This document shows positions 48,521 through 57,602 of a stretch of DNA of 64,000 nucleotides, piece by piece; position 1 is the first letter of the stretch, and every line of letters starts with the position of its first letter. Source of the DNA: an uncultured Bacilli bacterium (lineage in GTDB: Bacteria > Bacillota_I > Bacilli_A > RF39 > UBA660); the NCBI GenBank assembly GCA_944358855.1, contig CALVSC010000001.1, positions 2,385-66,384 on the forward strand, in the 5' to 3' direction. Under the pieces are notes generated by a model. It saw only the letters and a list, made by a program, of their open reading frames with translations. It was not told the origin of the DNA and did not search any database. Both the position numbers and the translations under genes were made by a program.

Positions 48521-49444
48521 TCAAATATTGCGCTTTGGCAATTTTTGCTTTTTGGAGCCTTCATTGTGTTGAGAAGTTTCAATCATTGCTTGTTCTAGAA
48601 GAGATGCTCCAATTACTTCTCTTCTTTCTTCTTCTGGTAAGTTATGTGATAGAAATTGCCAGTTTGCATAGGTAATTGCAACTTCTTGTCTTAACCATTC
48701 TGCATGGAGTTTTAATTCACGTTCATGTAAGATACAATTAGGATTAATATTGGCACCAAGTAATTCATACTCATTTTGATTAGATAGATGGTAAAATGCA
48801 TAATTTAAATTGTAATCTGTAAATTCTACGATGGTATCCAAGTAGTCCATGTAGGCTTGTTCTTGTTTTAAATAGTCTAGATATTCTTGTTCTGATATAG
48901 CTTTGTGATCATACTGGAATCTTAAGTTGTGTTGTTTATAAATGGTATTATGTTGTTGTTCTGATACTTCTGCTTTCTTTTTATGGGTTTCTAACATTAG
49001 TTTTTTAAATGCTAATAGTCTTTGCAATGATTTGTTATTTGTAATCATTGGTTTTAGTTCTTTCATTTTAGCATTTAAAAAATTTAATTCTTCTTGATAT
49101 CCAATAATATATACACGATTCATTAGGCGTACAATATCATTTTCCGTTTCTTCTTGATCAGGATCTTCTATTACTGTTTTCATGATGGATTCTTGTTTTG
49201 CTAGTAATTGTTCCATGGTGGTGGTTGGTTCTATGTATTGTAATACATCTGTTGGAAGTATAGCAAATTGACTATTGGTTCTAATGTATGATTTCATAAA
49301 ACTTTTTAGTTTTTCTTCTAGTTCTGCTCTTGTATTTGGTGTTTGAGCTAAAAATGTATTGTTGATATCTATAACGGTCTCGGGAGGGATGGGTTCTTTG
49401 GTAAATAATCTTTGTAACATGTGATATAATTCTTGTTTTTTCAT
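48521..49444 (-). CDS. member F of the tandem paralogous family
   Basis: C-terminal WLRQEVAITYANWQFLSHNLPEEERREVIGASLL. N-terminus is similar to D. Confidence 0.5.
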   Translation of the reverse strand: MKKQELYHMLQRLFTKEPIPPETVIDINNTFLAQTPNTRAELEEKLKSFMKSYIRTNSQFAILPTDVLQYIEPTTTMEQLLAKQESIMKTVIEDPDQEETENDIVRLMNRVYIIGYQEELNFLNAKMKELKPMITNNKSLQRLLAFKKLMLETHKKKAEVSEQQHNTIYKQHNLRFQYDHKAISEQEYLDYLKQEQAYMDYLDTIVEFTDYNLNYAFYHLSNQNEYELLGANINPNCILHERELKLHAEWLRQEVAITYANWQFLSHNLPEEERREVIGASLLEQAMIETSQHNEGSKKQKLPKRNI

Positions 49445-49509
49445 ATTATCCTCCTTTTTCTCCTTATTATACCTCTTTTTGACAAAAGAAAAAATCTCTT
49501 TTTTGAGAT

Positions 49510-50055
49510 TTATTCACATTTTGTTCCAACTTTTTCAGCTAATGCTTTCCAGTCTTCTACTTTTACTTTACCATCTACAATAACGTTATCTTCTTCTCCT
49601 TCTATTTCTAGAAGTCTATCTGTATCTATTTTTCCATAATTAATAATTGTATCGTTTGTTACACTATTAGAAGTTCTAACTACAGCGTTATCATAGTATT
49701 TTAGGCCTTTATAATTTTCTCTTATTGTCTTATATGCTGTTTCATATTCATCTAAAACACTTTCATCACTAGATATTACTTCTTCCATTGCATGTAGAAC
49801 TAATAAATAATCCCCATCATAATATAGGTCATAACTTAGATTAGCTTCTCCATTGCTTATTTCTCCTTCTCTTGTACAAGTCATTTTTTCAAGGCCTTCT
49901 ATTTCTTCATTTGATACTACTAATGGTTGTTCAGATGCACCAATCGAATTCGATGCATTTTCTTTTGTAGAGTTTTCTGAATTCCCACAAGCGGTTAATA
50001 GAAATACCGAAAATACGATGGAAAAAGTCATTATATATTTTGATAATTTTTTCAT
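49510..50055 (-). CDS. lipoprotein (possibly YehR/DUF1307-like)
   Basis: Signal peptide with lipobox LLTAC. Start set at MKKLSKY. Confidence 0.5.
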   Translation of the reverse strand: MKKLSKYIMTFSIVFSVFLLTACGNSENSTKENASNSIGASEQPLVVSNEEIEGLEKMTCTREGEISNGEANLSYDLYYDGDYLLVLHAMEEVISSDESVLDEYETAYKTIRENYKGLKYYDNAVVRTSNSVTNDTIINYGKIDTDRLLEIEGEEDNVIVDGKVKVEDWKALAEKVGTKCE

Positions 50056-50081
50056 TGTCATCCTCCTAATAAAAGTATACA

Positions 50082-50960
50082 CTAATCTTCTTTTTTCGCA
50101 ATAAATTTTTTTATTTCTTTTAGTGCTTCTTCTATGGATTCTTCGTCTTTACTATTTAGAAAACCATGAGATGCGAAAGTAATATTTACTCCTTTTGGAG
50201 ACTTATTATCTTTTCTTAGACGAAGAGCTAGTTCTTTTCCTTCATCTCTTAAGGGGTCTAGGTCTCCTGTAATTACTAGTACTTTTGGCCATGATGTATA
50301 ATTATCTAATTTTAATGGTGATATATATTTATCATCTATATATTTTCTTTTTATTTGACCAAGATGTGGTAGCGTTAATAAATCTAGTTTATTGTTTTGT
50401 TCTAGAGATGGATATTTTTCTTTATCTTCTCCTTTTAGATTAAGTGCTGGATATAGAAGTATTTCTCTTGGTAGTTTTATTTTTGATATCATATTGATTG
50501 ATGTTAAAATACTTGCTCCTAGAGAGTCCCCTATTAAAGTAATCTTGTTGTTTTCTATTCCTATTCTATTTAATCCTTCTATAATATATTTTGTTGTTTC
50601 ATAGCAATTATTTACACATTCTGAGTATGTATTTTCTATTTTATAGTCTAAAGCTATTATTAGAATGTCTAGTTTTTTTACTAAGTTTTCTAATACTTCT
50701 GTATAGTTTTTTATTCCTTGTACTAGACGTAGATTACTGCGATAGTAAATAATTACTTTTTCTATTTTAGATATTTTTTTGGGATAAAAGATACGTAATG
50801 GTACTAAGTTATCGTCTAATATAATTTTATAGTTTGATATGTTTCGCTTTGAAATAGCAGGGTGTACTATTTCATAGACACTTCGATATAGTTTATAAGT
50901 ATCAGATGTTCCAAAATCGTCTAAGTTATTTCTTTCTTCCATTCTATCACCTAGTTTCAT
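50082..50960 (-). CDS. alpha/beta-hydrolase-fold esterase/lipase
   Basis: Nucleophile elbow GDSLGAS and a C-terminal GDLDPLRDEG...H region (abhydrolase_3-like). Confidence 0.65.
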   Translation of the reverse strand: MKLGDRMEERNNLDDFGTSDTYKLYRSVYEIVHPAISKRNISNYKIILDDNLVPLRIFYPKKISKIEKVIIYYRSNLRLVQGIKNYTEVLENLVKKLDILIIALDYKIENTYSECVNNCYETTKYIIEGLNRIGIENNKITLIGDSLGASILTSINMISKIKLPREILLYPALNLKGEDKEKYPSLEQNNKLDLLTLPHLGQIKRKYIDDKYISPLKLDNYTSWPKVLVITGDLDPLRDEGKELALRLRKDNKSPKGVNITFASHGFLNSKDEESIEEALKEIKKFIAKKED

Positions 50961-51009
50961 AATAACATAAAAAGAAAGTTAGTTATTTGCTAACTTTCTT
51001 TATTTGACA

Positions 51010-51609
51010 CTATTTACCACTTGTTTTTAGGTTTTCTTTCATTAAATCCCCTACTATTTTTTCTAGTTTTTTATTTTCTTGTTCTAAATCATCTGTTACT
51101 TTGTATGGTTTTCCAAATCTAATTGTTAAGTTTTTACTTCTAAATTTGTAATCTCCTGTAATACCAAAGGGAACGATTGTAGCGTTTGTTTTTTTAGCCA
51201 TAGAGACAGCTCCAAATTTAAATGGTAATAAGAATTCTTTTGTTTTATTTCTAGTTCCTTCAGGGAATAGTCCTAAAGCAAAACCATTTTTTAATACTTT
51301 TAGAGCTTCTTCTGTTGCATGAGGATCTTTTTTACTTCTATCTACGGGAATACAGCCTACCATTTTGAAAAACCAAGCAAATTTGCCATCAAAATATTCT
51401 TTTTTTGCCATATAGTGTATTGGCCTTTTGGTAGAGATAATTGCTAGACATTGGTCATATAAATGTTTGTGGTTTCCAACAATTAAGATTGGGCCTGTTG
51501 TTGGAATGTTTTCTTTTCCAATGATTGTTGGATGATAATACCATTTAAATATAGGACCTAATATCGGTTTTAATATACGATATGGCAACATTTTATCTTT
51601 ATTTTTCAT
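51010..51609 (-). CDS. lysophospholipid (1-acyl-sn-glycerol-3-phosphate-type) acyltransferase
   Basis: HX4D motif VGNHKHLYDQ and the FPEGTRN block. Confidence 0.7.
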   Translation of the reverse strand: MKNKDKMLPYRILKPILGPIFKWYYHPTIIGKENIPTTGPILIVGNHKHLYDQCLAIISTKRPIHYMAKKEYFDGKFAWFFKMVGCIPVDRSKKDPHATEEALKVLKNGFALGLFPEGTRNKTKEFLLPFKFGAVSMAKKTNATIVPFGITGDYKFRSKNLTIRFGKPYKVTDDLEQENKKLEKIVGDLMKENLKTSGK

Positions 51610-53323
51610 CTTTTCTACTTTCTTCTTGTAGTTTTTTAAAGTCTACTTTACCTATTAGAGTTTTTGGTAAAGATTTTCTATATTCGAATTCTTTTGGTAT
51701 GGCATAACTTGCGAGATTTTTCTTACAGTGATCTTTTATACTTTTCTTTACGGTAATTGGACTATATCCATTTTTTAATACGATGTAGGCCTTTGGTACT
51801 TCAATTTTATAGGGGTGTGGTATACCGATTACAGTACATTTTAATACAGCTGGGTGTTCTTCAATAATTTGTTCTACATATGCTGGGTAGATATTGTATC
51901 CACTAGATATAATCATTCGTTTTAGTCTTTGTTTATAATAAATTACACCATCTTCATCCATCATACCAATATCACCAGTATGTAACCAGATAAGTCCATC
52001 TTTATGGATTTGTAACATTTCGTTTGTTTCTTTTTCATTATCTAAATATCCAAGCATTACAGTTGGACCATGAACACATATTTCTCCGTCTTCTCCATAT
52101 GGTACTTCTTCCTGGGTCCCAGGTTTTACAATTTTAATTAAGTTGCTAGGGAAAGGAATTCCGATACTTCCTTGTTTATCAGCATCTCCATAAGCAAGAC
52201 ATACAGCCGCAAGAGATTCTGTCATTCCATATCCTTGAGAAATAGAGATTTTAGCTCCGTGGTTAGCAAGATATACATTAATTCTTCTTTCTAGAGATGG
52301 TGATAGACTATCTCCTCCGGATATCATGTATTTTACCATACTTAAATCTAAGTGTTCGTTTTTGGTATTGATTAAGGCTTCATAAAGCGTTGGTACACCA
52401 AACATGATATTTGGCTTATACTTTTCAATTAGTTTATCAAACTTTTTAGCATTAAACTGTGGTATTAAAATTACTTCACATCCTAAATCTAGTGGAGCAT
52501 TAATAGATACTCCTAGTCCAAAACCATGAAAAACTGGCATAATAGCTAATACTCTTTCTCCAGTACCTAGTTTTGAAAAAATAACTTTTGCTTGTTCTGT
52601 TAAAGCGTTAAAGTTACCGTTTGTTAGTACAATTCCTTTTGGTGAACCAGTTGTTCCTCCACTATGTAAGATTACTGCTGGAGTATCTTTTGTAGTGTGA
52701 GCAACTTCTTTTCCTGGATAAGTTAATCCTTTTCTGATAAAGTCTTTCCAATATACATAGTCTTCACTTCTTTTTGGCTTTTTTACTTTGTACCCTTGTG
52801 TTACTTGATAGCCAAAAGCTAATAGGAAATTCATTGAATCACTAGCAGAAGTAACAATGGTCTTATAGACATCTGTATCCTTTATAATGTTTTTTACTTT
52901 TTCATAACATATATCAATCATTATTAACATAACACTATGAGTTGATGTTAGATAGTGTTTGATTTCTTCTTCTCCTGATAGAGGGTGAATCATATTCGCA
53001 ATGGCCCCTATTTTATTAACAGCATAAAAAGCAACTAATGCTTCTGGTGTATTTGGCATACAGATTGTTACTACATCACCTTTTCTTATTCCTTGACTTT
53101 GAAAAGCACGAGAAGCTTGTTCTATCTGATGGAGAAATGTCTTATAGTCAATTAATTTACCATAATAATTAAGGGCTGTTAGTTTTTCTCTTCCTTCACT
53201 ACATTTTACTAACATTTCATAAATAGAAATGTCTTCTACTTTTATTTTTCGATCTTCTTTTTTGTAATATTTTAACCAAGGTGCTTTAATTAATTTTTGT
53301 CTAATCAAATTAATTACGTTCAT
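51599..53323 (-). CDS. AMP-dependent acyl-CoA/acyl-ACP synthetase
   Basis: AMP-binding motifs LHSGGTTGSPKG, GYGMTE, TGD and the IISSGYNIYP region. Confidence 0.75.
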   Translation of the reverse strand: MNVINLIRQKLIKAPWLKYYKKEDRKIKVEDISIYEMLVKCSEGREKLTALNYYGKLIDYKTFLHQIEQASRAFQSQGIRKGDVVTICMPNTPEALVAFYAVNKIGAIANMIHPLSGEEEIKHYLTSTHSVMLIMIDICYEKVKNIIKDTDVYKTIVTSASDSMNFLLAFGYQVTQGYKVKKPKRSEDYVYWKDFIRKGLTYPGKEVAHTTKDTPAVILHSGGTTGSPKGIVLTNGNFNALTEQAKVIFSKLGTGERVLAIMPVFHGFGLGVSINAPLDLGCEVILIPQFNAKKFDKLIEKYKPNIMFGVPTLYEALINTKNEHLDLSMVKYMISGGDSLSPSLERRINVYLANHGAKISISQGYGMTESLAAVCLAYGDADKQGSIGIPFPSNLIKIVKPGTQEEVPYGEDGEICVHGPTVMLGYLDNEKETNEMLQIHKDGLIWLHTGDIGMMDEDGVIYYKQRLKRMIISSGYNIYPAYVEQIIEEHPAVLKCTVIGIPHPYKIEVPKAYIVLKNGYSPITVKKSIKDHCKKNLASYAIPKEFEYRKSLPKTLIGKVDFKKLQEESRKDEK

Positions 53324-53894
53324 AATAGTCCTCCAATTTTTTATTAATTTCTTTTTGAAATTTTTTATTTTCTTCTTCTAGATTATTTGTTATAGTTCTT
53401 GGTTTTAAAAATTCTATTTGTATACTTTTTCCAATAATACGATATTTTTCTGTGATAACTAAGGGTACGATTGGGGTTTTTGTTTCATAGGCCATCTTGA
53501 TTGCTCCCATTTTAAAAGGTAGTGTTTCTTTCCTTGTTTTTCTATTGATTGTCCCTTCTGGAAATATTCCTATTACCTTTTTTTCTTTTAATGTTTTTAT
53601 TGCACTTTCTAAGGCTTCATGGTCATGTATTTTTCTATTGACAGGTATTGCACCTGCTCCTATTAAAAATGGCTTTGTAATGCCTTTAAATAAGGAATCT
53701 TTGGCTAAAAAGTGTACTTGTCTTGGAGATAGTGCAATTAACATAATAGGATCTAACCATTTTGTGTGATTTCCTGCTAAAATATAGTTTCTATCCTTTG
53801 GTATATTTTCTATTCCTATTACCTTAGGATGAAATAATATTTTAAATAATATTGTCACTATAGGTTTTATTATTTTATAAAACGTCGTATCCAT
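53310..53894 (-). CDS. second PlsC-family acyltransferase
   Basis: AGNHTKWLDP (HX4D) and the FPEGTIN block. Confidence 0.7.
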   Translation of the reverse strand: MDTTFYKIIKPIVTILFKILFHPKVIGIENIPKDRNYILAGNHTKWLDPIMLIALSPRQVHFLAKDSLFKGITKPFLIGAGAIPVNRKIHDHEALESAIKTLKEKKVIGIFPEGTINRKTRKETLPFKMGAIKMAYETKTPIVPLVITEKYRIIGKSIQIEFLKPRTITNNLEEENKKFQKEINKKLEDYYERN

Positions 53895-53943
53895 ATTATC
53901 ACCTTATTTCATTATATTATAGGATAGTGATTAAGTAAACTAA

Positions 53944-54648
53944 TTATGATTTAATATATTCTACTAAAGCATTTCCCTCTTCGTTTAAAAGGTTATGTAG
54001 TTCTAGTTGATGTTTTACTTCTTTCGCTACTCCGTAGTTGCCATCTAGTAGTTTTATATTCGGAAATATTTTACTTATTTCTTCTTTTATTAAAGAATAA
54101 TGTGTACAACCTAAGACAATTGAGTCTATTTCTTTTTCTTTTACTTGTTCTTTTATATCTAATAAAATATCCTCTATTTCTTTCAAACTATGTCTTTCTA
54201 TGGCGTTTGCTAGAGTCGGACAAGATATTAGCGTGATTTCTTGATTATTTCTTTTATTGTCTCTTATTAATTCACTTGTTCTTTCTGAGTCGATTGTCGA
54301 TGGAGTTGCAAGTACTAGTGTATGTTTAGAATTATGATCACAAGCTACTTTTATCGCTGGTACCGTTCCTACAAATAGTGTATTGGGATATTCTTCTTTT
54401 AATTTTTTCATACATCTTGTAGTTGCAGTATTACATGCTAGTACAATTATTTTACAGTTTTTATCTATTAAAAATTCTACTATGTTTTTTACTATTTTAT
54501 ATATTTCCTGTGGTGTTTTTTCTCCATAAGGATTGTTTTTACTATCAGCATAGTATATGTAGTTTTCTTTGGGTAATAATTTTTTAATTTCTTCTAAAGT
54601 AGAGGTTCCACCTATACCAGAATCTAAAATACCTATTTTTTGATTCAT
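53944..54648 (-). CDS. murI: glutamate racemase (Asp/Glu racemase family)
   Basis: GILDSGIGG near the N-terminus and two catalytic Cys regions (VLACNTAT, LGCTHY). Confidence 0.75.
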   Translation of the reverse strand: MNQKIGILDSGIGGTSTLEEIKKLLPKENYIYYADSKNNPYGEKTPQEIYKIVKNIVEFLIDKNCKIIVLACNTATTRCMKKLKEEYPNTLFVGTVPAIKVACDHNSKHTLVLATPSTIDSERTSELIRDNKRNNQEITLISCPTLANAIERHSLKEIEDILLDIKEQVKEKEIDSIVLGCTHYSLIKEEISKIFPNIKLLDGNYGVAKEVKHQLELHNLLNEEGNALVEYIKS

Positions 54649-54693
54649 GTTTTCACTCCTTTCTATTATTATATCACAAATAAAAAAAGGTTT

Positions 54694-55206
54694 TCACCTT
54701 TTTACTCCATAGAATTTATAGTATGTATCTTTATCGTTTCTTTGATAATAGTCGATTGCTAAAGAAATATTTATGTTATTAGGAAAGCGAGTTAGTATTT
54801 GCTCTATTTCATTATTTTCTAGTTTATAATCTCTTATAAATGTTAAGAGATTTGCTCCTGGTGTTGTTAACATATGAGTAAGTATTTCTTCTCTTGTCAT
54901 AATGTGGTCTATTCTTAAAGTGTCTGTTGCACAGATATCGTAAAATCCATAGTATTCAAATGGATCGTTAAAAGTAACAACTTTTCCTAGTGCTGACACT
55001 CTAGCGACTTTAACTGGTTGTTGTATAGCTTCAAAATAGTGAAAAGCATCTTCTAGATGTAGTGTAAAGTGTATTCCTGTACCTTTCGTTCCAGCAGTTA
55101 GTTTTTTATCACTAGGGATTCGGTAAATTTCATTTTCTTTAAATGGTTGTCCATATAAGTTTGTCATGTCGGCATTAAATGCTTTAAATCCTTTTACTTG
55201 TTCCAT
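54694..55206 (-). CDS. hypothetical 170-aa protein
   Basis: No recognised motif. Co-directional with and immediately downstream of the CinA-C and ARH genes. Confidence 0.45.
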   Translation of the reverse strand: MEQVKGFKAFNADMTNLYGQPFKENEIYRIPSDKKLTAGTKGTGIHFTLHLEDAFHYFEAIQQPVKVARVSALGKVVTFNDPFEYYGFYDICATDTLRIDHIMTREEILTHMLTTPGANLLTFIRDYKLENNEIEQILTRFPNNINISLAIDYYQRNDKDTYYKFYGVKR

Positions 55207-55225
55207 GTGTTGCCACCAATCTTTA

Positions 55226-55699
55226 CTATTTTATTATGTCTTCTAGGGTTTTAATAATGACATTTATTACTTCTTGTTTTGCTTCTTCTCGAGGAGAAAA
55301 TGATACTTTTATTGTGTTGTTGGTGTAGGTTGTGTTGTTTTTATTATAAATACTAATAAACACTACATTATCTTCTCCTGTTAGGTTTTTAGGATCAATT
55401 TTATTTAGTTTTCCGGTTATTCCTACTCCATAATCGCTTTCTGTAAAATCTGATATTGTTTTTGCCATAGCTTGAGCAGTTTCTATACTATATACAGTAT
55501 ATTTATCAATTATTTTTTTATCTACTCCCATTTTTATTTTGTATTCATTAGAATAGGTAACGGCACTAAATTTTATTACTTTACTAGAACCATCACAGTT
55601 GGTAATGGCGTTAGCTACTCCTCCTCCAGTACAAGATTCCATAGTAGATAGGGTTTCTTGTCTTTCTTTTAGTTTTTTTATTATGTTATTAAAGTTCAC
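55226..55699 (-). CDS. CinA C-terminal-domain protein (PncC-like NMN deamidase / ADP-ribose-processing family)
   Basis: TMESCTGG signature. 157-aa stand-alone CinA_C. Confidence 0.7.
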   Translation of the reverse strand: MNFNNIIKKLKERQETLSTMESCTGGGVANAITNCDGSSKVIKFSAVTYSNEYKIKMGVDKKIIDKYTVYSIETAQAMAKTISDFTESDYGVGITGKLNKIDPKNLTGEDNVVFISIYNKNNTTYTNNTIKVSFSPREEAKQEVINVIIKTLEDIIK

Positions 55700-56543
55700 G
55701 TTTTAGCCTCTTTTCATCTTTATATACTTGTTTTAATAAGTTTTTTCCGTTATCGTCTAAACGGTTTAGTGCTTGTTGTTTTAACTCTTCGGGGATAGGA
55801 TAAATTGTCTCAGCAATTGCTCCTGTAATACTAGCAATTGTATCACTATCTCCTCCTATCGATATGGCTTTTCTAATGCAGTCTTCAAAATCGTTTCCTT
55901 GGAAGAATGCATATATTGCAATTGGTACAGAGTTTTTAGCACGAGATGTAAATTTATAATTGTGTCTTAGTTCTTCTAAGTTGTAATTTAGTGGATAGTA
56001 GTGTTCTTTTATATAGTTTTCTACTTCTTCTTTGGAATGCCCTGTTCTTAGTAAATAAATTGTTGTAGCAACGGCTTCGGCACTTTTAATGGCTTCTGGA
56101 TGGTTATGAGTAGGAATTGTTGCGAGATATGATTCTTCTTTTATTTCTTCTAAATCATCAAATAAATAAGCAACTGGACTTATCCTCATGGCGGCACCAT
56201 TGCCATAACTATCTCCTTTTTTCTTTCCTTCTATCCAAAGAAGAGAACCTCTTCCAAAACGTGGACGTCCAAAAATATCATTTCCTTTGGCTATTTCTCT
56301 TAGACCATAATCTTTTAAATAGGTTTCATAGTCTCTGTTTCCATTTATTATGGCATCTATCATTGCTAGAGTCCAACAAGTGTCGTCTGTTGGGATGGAG
56401 CAGTCTTGAAATAATGGCGTTTTTTTATCCATTATATCCATTCTTTCTTCATATGGACTTGGTGCATGGTAATTTAGAAAATATTTCACTTCTCTTATTT
56501 CATATGTAGATCCAACCATATCTCCTATAATAGCTCCTAGCAT
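55689..56543 (-). CDS. ADP-ribosylglycohydrolase (DraG/ARH family)
   Basis: N-terminal MLGAIIGDMVGSTYE and C-terminal GGDSDTIASITGAIAE di-metal motifs. Confidence 0.8.
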   Translation of the reverse strand: MLGAIIGDMVGSTYEIREVKYFLNYHAPSPYEERMDIMDKKTPLFQDCSIPTDDTCWTLAMIDAIINGNRDYETYLKDYGLREIAKGNDIFGRPRFGRGSLLWIEGKKKGDSYGNGAAMRISPVAYLFDDLEEIKEESYLATIPTHNHPEAIKSAEAVATTIYLLRTGHSKEEVENYIKEHYYPLNYNLEELRHNYKFTSRAKNSVPIAIYAFFQGNDFEDCIRKAISIGGDSDTIASITGAIAETIYPIPEELKQQALNRLDDNGKNLLKQVYKDEKRLKREL

Positions 56544-56558
56544 TATAAATCACTCCTT

Positions 56559-57593
56559 TTAATCGTTATGTCTATTTAGAAGAACTTGTTTACGATATGA
56601 TTTTTGTTCTTCTGATAAGCGTTCTTTTGTTATTTGAGTAGGATATTGTGTTAGTATTGATGAATCAAGGTGAGCTCTTTGATTTTTTAATATTCTAAGT
56701 ACTTCGTTGCCTAGAGAGATTGCTTGTTCAAGTCCTTCTCCAATAGATGGTTGGTGAAGATTTCTTAAACGAGAAGTTAGCATAAATAAATCATCTTCAT
56801 AATCTTCAATTGCGGAAGCTAAGACACAAGAGCTTTCGATATCTCGATATAAATCTTCCTTTTTCATTTCTTTTAGTTCTTCTAATCTTTGATTAGGATT
56901 TAATTCTTCTGGTAATATCATTATTGGTATATTTAACGTTGTTAAAGTGATAGAAGTGGATTGTGTTTCTAAGACAGGTTGATGTGTTACTAATGGTTGC
57001 TTTATTTGATATCTAGAAGAGTTTGTTTTATATTCTATTTCTCTATGGTAAGTTGGTACTATCGTAGTGTCTTCAAAATAATAAACATAGTTTTCTAGTT
57101 GAGATGGTAAACTGTGTTGTTGCGTGGTAAAATTGGCTTTTTTATCTAGTGTTATTTCATCGATATCTAATTTTGCCATTTTTTCTACTAATGCACTTAT
57201 ATTATCTAATGAGTCTTCATTTTCTTTTAAATATTCATAAAATCTATGAAAACTTGTATCTTTTTTACTACCATCATTTTGATTATAATTATCGATTAAA
57301 AATCCTTTTATTATTGTTACTTTACCAATATGAGTAGGATGTTTTTTTTCGTAACTTTCTTTTATTGTTCTAAATAAGTCTTTATGTTTTTCATAAAACT
57401 CTTTTATGTCTTGAGGTATAAAATGTTTTTTTGCTATTGTATCTTTTTCTTTTGATAATAATTCTATTTGTAATGGTATATCTTTTTTAGGGTATTTTTG
57501 TATTAAATTTTTTAATTCTTTACTAAATTCATCGAAGGTATCTAAATAATTAATTAATATTTTTAATTTGTCTGTTGTAATTGTTTGCCTCAT
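56559..57593 (-). CDS. hypothetical protein
   Basis: 344-aa ORF with no recognised motif. Confidence 0.45.
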   Translation of the reverse strand: MRQTITTDKLKILINYLDTFDEFSKELKNLIQKYPKKDIPLQIELLSKEKDTIAKKHFIPQDIKEFYEKHKDLFRTIKESYEKKHPTHIGKVTIIKGFLIDNYNQNDGSKKDTSFHRFYEYLKENEDSLDNISALVEKMAKLDIDEITLDKKANFTTQQHSLPSQLENYVYYFEDTTIVPTYHREIEYKTNSSRYQIKQPLVTHQPVLETQSTSITLTTLNIPIMILPEELNPNQRLEELKEMKKEDLYRDIESSCVLASAIEDYEDDLFMLTSRLRNLHQPSIGEGLEQAISLGNEVLRILKNQRAHLDSSILTQYPTQITKERLSEEQKSYRKQVLLNRHND

Positions 57594-57602
57594 CTTTACC
57601 TC

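Noticed and set aside
45756-49444. Paralogue array considered as a degenerate repeat or single large pseudogene
   Set aside because: Each copy is a full-length intact ORF with its own start, and two of the stops are start-overlapped. Divergence is at the protein level, with conserved motifs. This is consistent with functional paralogues rather than decay.
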